Shown here piece by piece: positions 55,975-64,000 of a stretch of DNA of 64,000 nucleotides. Origin of the DNA: Eledone cirrhosa (Eukaryota). The notes under the pieces were generated by a model. That model had not been told where the DNA came from, did not search any database, and saw nothing but the letters and a program-made list of their open reading frames with translations. Each line of letters begins with the position of its first letter. The stretch's first letter is position 1. A program made the position numbers and the translations under genes. Where the stretch lies: positions 348,130,001 through 348,194,000 of the forward strand of contig OZ024741.1 in the NCBI GenBank assembly GCA_964016885.1, written 5' to 3'.

Positions 55975-56660
55975 CCGTACAGTGTCTAGCAACCATCTAA
56001 CAACCCTTAATTCGGGATGTTTGTTTACAAACACGCCGAGCATTATAATAAATGTTCGGTGAATCCATACGTACATATATATATATATGTGTGCATGTAT
56101 GTATATATATATACATACTACTGTACGTCTGTATACATATATGTATGCACGTATACATACTTATATTTAAGTAACAGCCGTACTAAGAGTGAGAAATTAA
56201 ATATCGTTTCATTTTTTCCGTTTATCGTTTTCGGTGCGCCCGGCCGATTAACTCACTCGATATGCAAATGAGGCTGCTCAGCCGTTAATATGCATAAGGA
56301 AAGTATATACTTTCAGACGTTCAATCATCTGACAGGAAGGTATATATTGCTGACGATAGCTAATAAACTTGAAACTAGTAAAGCGTTCCTTTGTCAGTGT
56401 TGAACAAATGAGCAACGATGGTTGCTAGACACTGTAAGGCTTAATTTGGGATGTTTGTTTACAAACACGCCGAGCATTATAATAAATGTTCGGTGAATCC
56501 ATACGTACATATATATATATGTGTGCATCTATGTATATATATATATATATACATACTACTGTACGTCTGTATACATATATGTATGTACGTATACATACTT
56601 ATATTTAAGTAACAGCCGTACTAAGAGTGAGAAATGAAATTTCGTTTCATTTTTTTCCGT
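55975..56660 (+). mobile_element. HHR-bearing non-coding tandem unit (434-bp period) with a short 5' inversion
   Basis: The unit starting at 56006 repeats at 56440; 55975-55996 is inverted against 56418-56440; CTGACGA..GAAA CTAG TA at 56350-56380. Confidence 0.7.
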
Positions 56661-56859
56661 ATATATATATATATATATATTTATATCTGTATTTTTAACC
56701 GTTGGTCAATGAATGATAAACATTGATTGCCAAATAAATTACCTATGGAGATATAAAAGATATAGAAGCGAAAACCAACAAAACAGTGTGTTCTGTTATT
56801 ATTTCTGGCAATATTATTACAACAATATGACATTCCCCAAGTATAACAATATATATATG

Positions 56860-58655
<1,796 letters not shown>

Positions 58656-58824
58656 TATATATATAACAAAAGAGGGAGTGGTAAGATAACAGGTGGACCC
58701 TAACGAACACGAGTACTCAATGCTGGTGTCTTAGTTCGGATCTAGTTGTCGAAACGGCCGGAATTCAGCCGTCGGGGGCTTCACACTTTTCCTATATATA
58801 TATTATTATGTAATAAACAACAAA

Positions 58825-58996
58825 GGGCGGTGGATTGGCAGTATCGGTAGAGGGTCGGACGTCATGCTTTACAGCATAGTTACGTCCCTTTACGATCTGA
58901 GTTCAAATCCCGCCGAGGTTGACTTTGCCTTTCATTCTTACGGGGTCGATAAAATAAAGTACCAGTAATACACTGAGTGATTGCTGGCCTTGTGCC
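58825..58996 (+). mobile_element. Full-length SINE family A
   Basis: A-box-like TGGCAGTATCGG, B box GAGTTCAAATCC, conserved core CCGAGGTTGACTTTGCCTTTCAT..TTACGGGGTCGATAAAATAAAGTACCAG. Confidence 0.88.
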
Positions 58997-58999
58997 ATA

Positions 59000-59569
59000 A
59001 ACAACATAAGATAATTATTTCATTTACCAGTGGTTTCGTGAAGGCAGATATTATGTCTGTCTTCAGTCGTCAGAATGAATAAATAACATGGTGTGTGTTT
59101 TTATTAAATATGCTTTTGAAAACAAAATTTAGGAAATATGAAAGTGAGGCTGAAAAAACGGGGCAAAAACGAATTAGGGGAAAAATATATAAATAGATAT
59201 CCAGAACATAAACATACACACACTCAACCACGCGCATATACGTAATTGAGAAAGTATACGTCTACGTACTAATACATATATGCGCGTGCTAGAGTGTGTA
59301 TATTTATGTTCTGGATATTTTTTAATATAGTTTTTCCCCTAATTCCTTTTTGCCCGTTTTTTCAGCCTAAATTTTGTTTTCAAATCCATATTTAATAAAA
59401 ACACCATGTTATTTATTCATTCTGACGACTGAAGACAGACATAACATCTGCCTTCAAGAAACCACTGGGAAATGAAATAATGATCTTATATTGTTTATTA
59501 CATAACTATTAAACTCTGTAGCCTACATAGAGCACTCTTTTTCACTGTATCTTTCCGACGGAGTACTTC

Positions 59570-59575
<6 letters not shown>
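59000..59575. mobile_element. PLE-end fold-back with HHRs at 59015-59079 (-) and 59416-59476 (+, cleavage triplet mutated)
   Basis: TTCATT CTGACGA CTGAAGACAGA..TCTGCCTTCA. GAAA CCACTGG TA AATGAA; arms ~59000-59220 and ~59292-59497. Confidence 0.82.
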
Positions 59576-59653
<78 letters not shown>

Positions 59654-60732
59654 TGTTGTTGCTGGTCTTTCTGTTATCGTTTGTATTTTCACTGTTGCTG
59701 TTTTTGCCTTTCGCCATTTTTGAATACGTTGACATTCTAATGAATTCCGTTATTTTTTATGGGGTGGGGATAGGCGTTTTATCCCGTACCACGGTGGTTT
59801 CGAGGAGTAAATTCCCCAACGGATAGCTCGTCCCCTTATATAAGTGTTGCTTTGAAAATCATTTGACAATGCTCACATAAATCTATGAAAATCTTTGAAA
59901 AACTCCCCAGCGATAAAAACAGTGTCTTCCCTAAGTATTGTCTGGGTATTTTCGTGTTGCTAGCATTTCTTAATGCTTTAGTTATTTCTTACTACTTTGT
60001 GCTGGTCTGTACATGCAATGCTATTATAATTAATTACAGATTTCATTCAATTCATTCGGGTTTTCCTTCTTGAATATTCATGTTCTGCAATGCCCCTCCA
60101 CGAATATCTTTTAATATCCATTGATTTAATGTTTTATTTTAATTAACTGAAAGTTATGTTGTGGATGCAAATGCGTGTTTCGTAGTGTCTTATTCTACCA
60201 TCTTTAGAGTGATGTTATTTATTTAACTTTTTAACCTTGACTCCAGCTTCCCTCAATTTGAGTGACATCGAACACGTTAGTGTTTTGGACATTTTATTTT
60301 CAGTTTGGATACCGTCCTCTGTTTTCATTTCCCTAAGTAAGAAAAGCCTTTATTTTATTCAATTTTATGAAATGTATTTTGTTTTGCTGTCTAAGGTATG
60401 AATGGTGGTATTCTAAATTGATTTCATTCTTTTCTAGCAGTACTACTGAATATATTATATCATTCTGCCTGTTCATATTTCGGTAGATTTTTTGTGTAGA
60501 CTTAATGTATTGCAATACCTCCTTATATCTGTTCATTCTTTCGTGTGCTGCTTTCTTGGTCCATGTTTACCGATTTCGGTTTTCAATTCGATTTTTTTTA
60601 TTGGTTCTGTCAAGTCATATTAAAAGTTATTGCTGACTCATGCATTATATTGCGCTTTCCTTTAAATTCTGTTTGTTGTCTAACATTGTTTTGGAACTAT
60701 AAATTTGTTTTAATTGCAAACTGCCAGAGAGC

Positions 60733-60805
<73 letters not shown>

Positions 60806-61421
60806 CGTACTTGCTTTCTTCTTAATTTTAAGCCTACCTTAATTAGCAACTAGACAGCCTTCTTATTCTCCATTTATTTAATCATGTTTCGCTGTAACCC
60901 GTCTTCGCTCTCCTTCTACCTACTTATTTCGTTGCTCTACTCTTCCCTCTCTTTCTTCCTCTCCCTTTCTCCCTCTCATTTTCACTCACCCTCTCTCTGT
61001 CAACCACTTCATTGCTTCCTTCGCCTGACCCTCAAGCAGTCCTTTTGTCACAACACTCTCTGGGATTAGACAGGTTTATATTTCGCCCACAAGCTTTAGA
61101 ACTTACGTTCAGCACCGTTGTGAACATTTTCTTGAAGTTGATCGCACATTCTCCGGTTTGTTATTTTTTTTCGCTGTTTTTCTCTGTTCTTCCCATTTTT
61201 TAAATTCTCCTTTCTATTTTTCTTCCCTCTCTCCTCCGTTTTCCCAATAAATTACCTAGTTATTGAACGCTCTGGGGGTAGATATATTGTCTTTAAAGCG
61301 TTGAAATATCCGAGACCCCAGTAGACAACAGATGAGGAAAACTCCCCCTGCCCCCGTTCTTGCTTTCTTCTTAATTTTAAGCCTACCTTAACTAGCAACT
61401 ACACAGCCTTCCTATTATCCA

Positions 61422-61603
61422 TGGATTGGCAGTATCGGTAGAGGGTCGGACGCCATGCTTTCCAGTATAGTTACGTCCCTTTACGATCTGAGTTCAAATC
61501 CCGCCGAGGTTGACTTTGCCTTTCATCCTTACGGGGTCGATAAAATAAAGTACCAGTAATGCACTGGCTAATTGCCGGCCTTGTGCCTAAAGTAGAAACA
61601 ATT
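61422..61603 (+). mobile_element. Full-length SINE family A
   Basis: Same A/B boxes, core and 3' end as the copy at 58825. Confidence 0.88.
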
Positions 61604-62128
61604 ATATATATATATATAGTTAGGGAAGCAGAAAATTGCTTATTGTGATCCAGTTCGTGGTTAAGAAAGCCAGTTTCATGGACGGTTAGGGGTAACTCCT
61701 CAAGTTTGTAAGAATTCCGTTCAATCTTGGAGTATAAAGTATAGACGAGAAAACACAGGTAAGCATTAAGAGAAGGATTTTATCCAGGTATTTACGACCG
61801 TTTCATTGGTAAGTGCAACCTTATATTGCTATACTGCAAATAGCAGCCACTCAATTATAATTGTTGTTCACGTCCAAATTTTCAAAATAGTCATTTTGAA
61901 AATTTGGACGTGAAGAACAATTAAGAAACTTCGCAAAACAAATTCAAAAACAAATTATATATATATATCGAAGGTATATATTGAGTTAGGAACTCGAATT
62001 AACCTGGCTGCTACTTTTAGTGCTCTAAGTTTGTGAGAGGCTCTAGGATGCCATGTGCGCTAAAATGTTTATATATAGCACACTATTCAGTTTCTTAATA
62101 TACTTAGAAGTCTCTAGGATGCTAATTC

Positions 62129-62206
62129 ATCACCCACTGATGAGCTTGAATTGGTAATTCTCTTCACAATTAACATTGCGAAACAACAACAAGTTGTCTG
62201 GGCGAT
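62129..62206 (+). ncRNA. Canonical type I hammerhead ribozyme
   Basis: CCCA CTGATGA GC...GC GAAA CAAC AACAA GTTG TC TGGG. Confidence 0.8.
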
Positions 62207-62387
62207 CGGTAGTTACCACAATTCCGGTTTGTATTTATTTTCTTGACTTTTTCTTAAATTGAGACAAGCAACAAACCCGATTATCTATAGTTAGTATACT
62301 TTTCACCTTAGCGAATCTGGTCGCTTACGATTTGAACACATATATGTATATATCTGTGTTCGTTTTTCTTTTATATTCTATTATAAT

Positions 62388-62520
<133 letters not shown>

Positions 62521-62591
62521 TATTATATATATATATATATTATATATATATATATATTATATATATATATATATTATATATATATATATAT

Positions 62592-62623
<32 letters not shown>

Positions 62624-62694
62624 ATATATTAAAATAACAGATTAAAGTTTTGAGCAAAGAATCAATGCTTTCATCCTTAACGGGATCTTCTGAA

Positions 62695-62758
<64 letters not shown>

Positions 62759-64000
62759 AGGGGAGTTTAAAGAGTTTGTTCAAGCTAAAACCAAATGCTA
62801 GAGTGCCTAGTATATTAATATTCTAGAGAGGCAGTTGAGGGTAAGAGCAGACAAATTCTCATCTAGAATCTAGGAGTTAACCAGAATTTCAGCCGATCAA
62901 CTACGAATAATTGCTTAAGGTATGACTTATCAAACTACCGGTGTAGTTGCACACTAAAAGCATAGAAATGACACCACTTAGGATTTTCCGCGATACTCAC
63001 AAAATTGCGAAAGAATTCTGCCCACACATGTCCAGTGTCCAAACATTGTTAAGGCACATAGCAAATATTTCGATTTGGTTTTACAGTTCACCATTTCGGG
63101 GTCAATACAATAAAATTCGCAGTCAAATACTGGAGTAATTTAATCGAATGTTTACGGCAATTGCAGTTCTTGTGTCTAAATTGTAATCAATTATTAGTTG
63201 ATTGAAAAAATTCTGAGATGTATTATAGATTAGCATGTGTATTGATTAAGTGCCAGTATATTTAATAACTCATTTCTGATTTAGCATTATATCTTTTCTT
63301 AATCTACGAACTTTAGGGCCTTGGCTCAAATACTTTCTTTATGTAAGTATGCATTTTCTTCTATTTCTCCTCATTGTGATAGATATTCGACACTGTCGTA
63401 ATATAATAAAGTCTATCATATTATATAACTCCACATTACATCCGTTATGATTGTATCAGTTCATCCTTCCTGTATATTATGCATTGCTTTGTCTGTAAAA
63501 CCTCTAAGGCATCATACTATTCAGTATTTTCGTTCATCCTGCGTACGTAGATATCGATATTATATAAGACTACTAGAGATATTTTGATGTGTATATATAT
63601 ATCTATAAAAATAGTTATCTATCTGTGTATATTAGGATTTTTTATATGTTTATACAAACACACACATACACATACACTCATACGCACGCACACACATACA
63701 CACGAATCGTGCTGAATGATTCCGTAATGCAGATAAAGAAAACAAAATGATCTATGCAAACTATAGAGCCAGAATATTATAGTATAGTTATCGTCAACAT
63801 GTTTGTATTGTAACTATTGGTCTCCAATCCCACAGATGGTTTATATTGTGAGTTTGTACTCAGCGATCTTTGTTTAAAGGAATCCGTTAAACAAAGATCG
63901 CTGACAGTATTTACATGAGATCTCGTTCATTGCAAGGAGGATGACACTATGTCTTAATTACTTTTCTGCAAGATGCTACATTCTATCTTGTAAGGTATGT

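Noticed and set aside
60805-61422. ~65-bp direct repeat pair (60805 and 61355) with an HHR-like remnant near 61263-61310
   Set aside because: Probably another decayed PLE end, but no CUGANGA core can be read.
63861-63903. Small hairpin CAGCGATCTTTGTTTAA/TTAAACAAAGATCGCTG
   Set aside because: A real inverted repeat, but isolated and too short to assign a function.

Overview
AT-rich, microsatellite-dense animal genomic DNA, most likely from an octopod cephalopod (inferred from the SINE families and the (TA)n/(CA)n/(GA)n load). No host protein-coding gene can be supported. The window is dominated by Penelope-like retroelements (PLEs): a near-complete Neptune-type element with direct pseudo-LTRs (16.9-21.7 kb), a ~6.2 kb head-to-head Naiad-type fold-back (10.7-16.9 kb), a decayed Naiad (52.7-55.6 kb) and several endonuclease relics. 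It also holds many short fold-back or tandem PLE-end insertions, nearly all embedded in (TA)n tracts. By eye I read about 25 type I hammerhead ribozyme (HHR) motifs from a dozen or more sequence families. Many have family-specific palindromic stem III sequences, and two families carry the compensatory U3-A8 core. Old LINE relics (RTE, Tx1-like, CRE-like, I-group with RNase H) and two tRNA-derived SINE families are also present. All RNA structures and repeat boundaries were assigned manually, and boundaries are approximate (about +/-10-20 nt).
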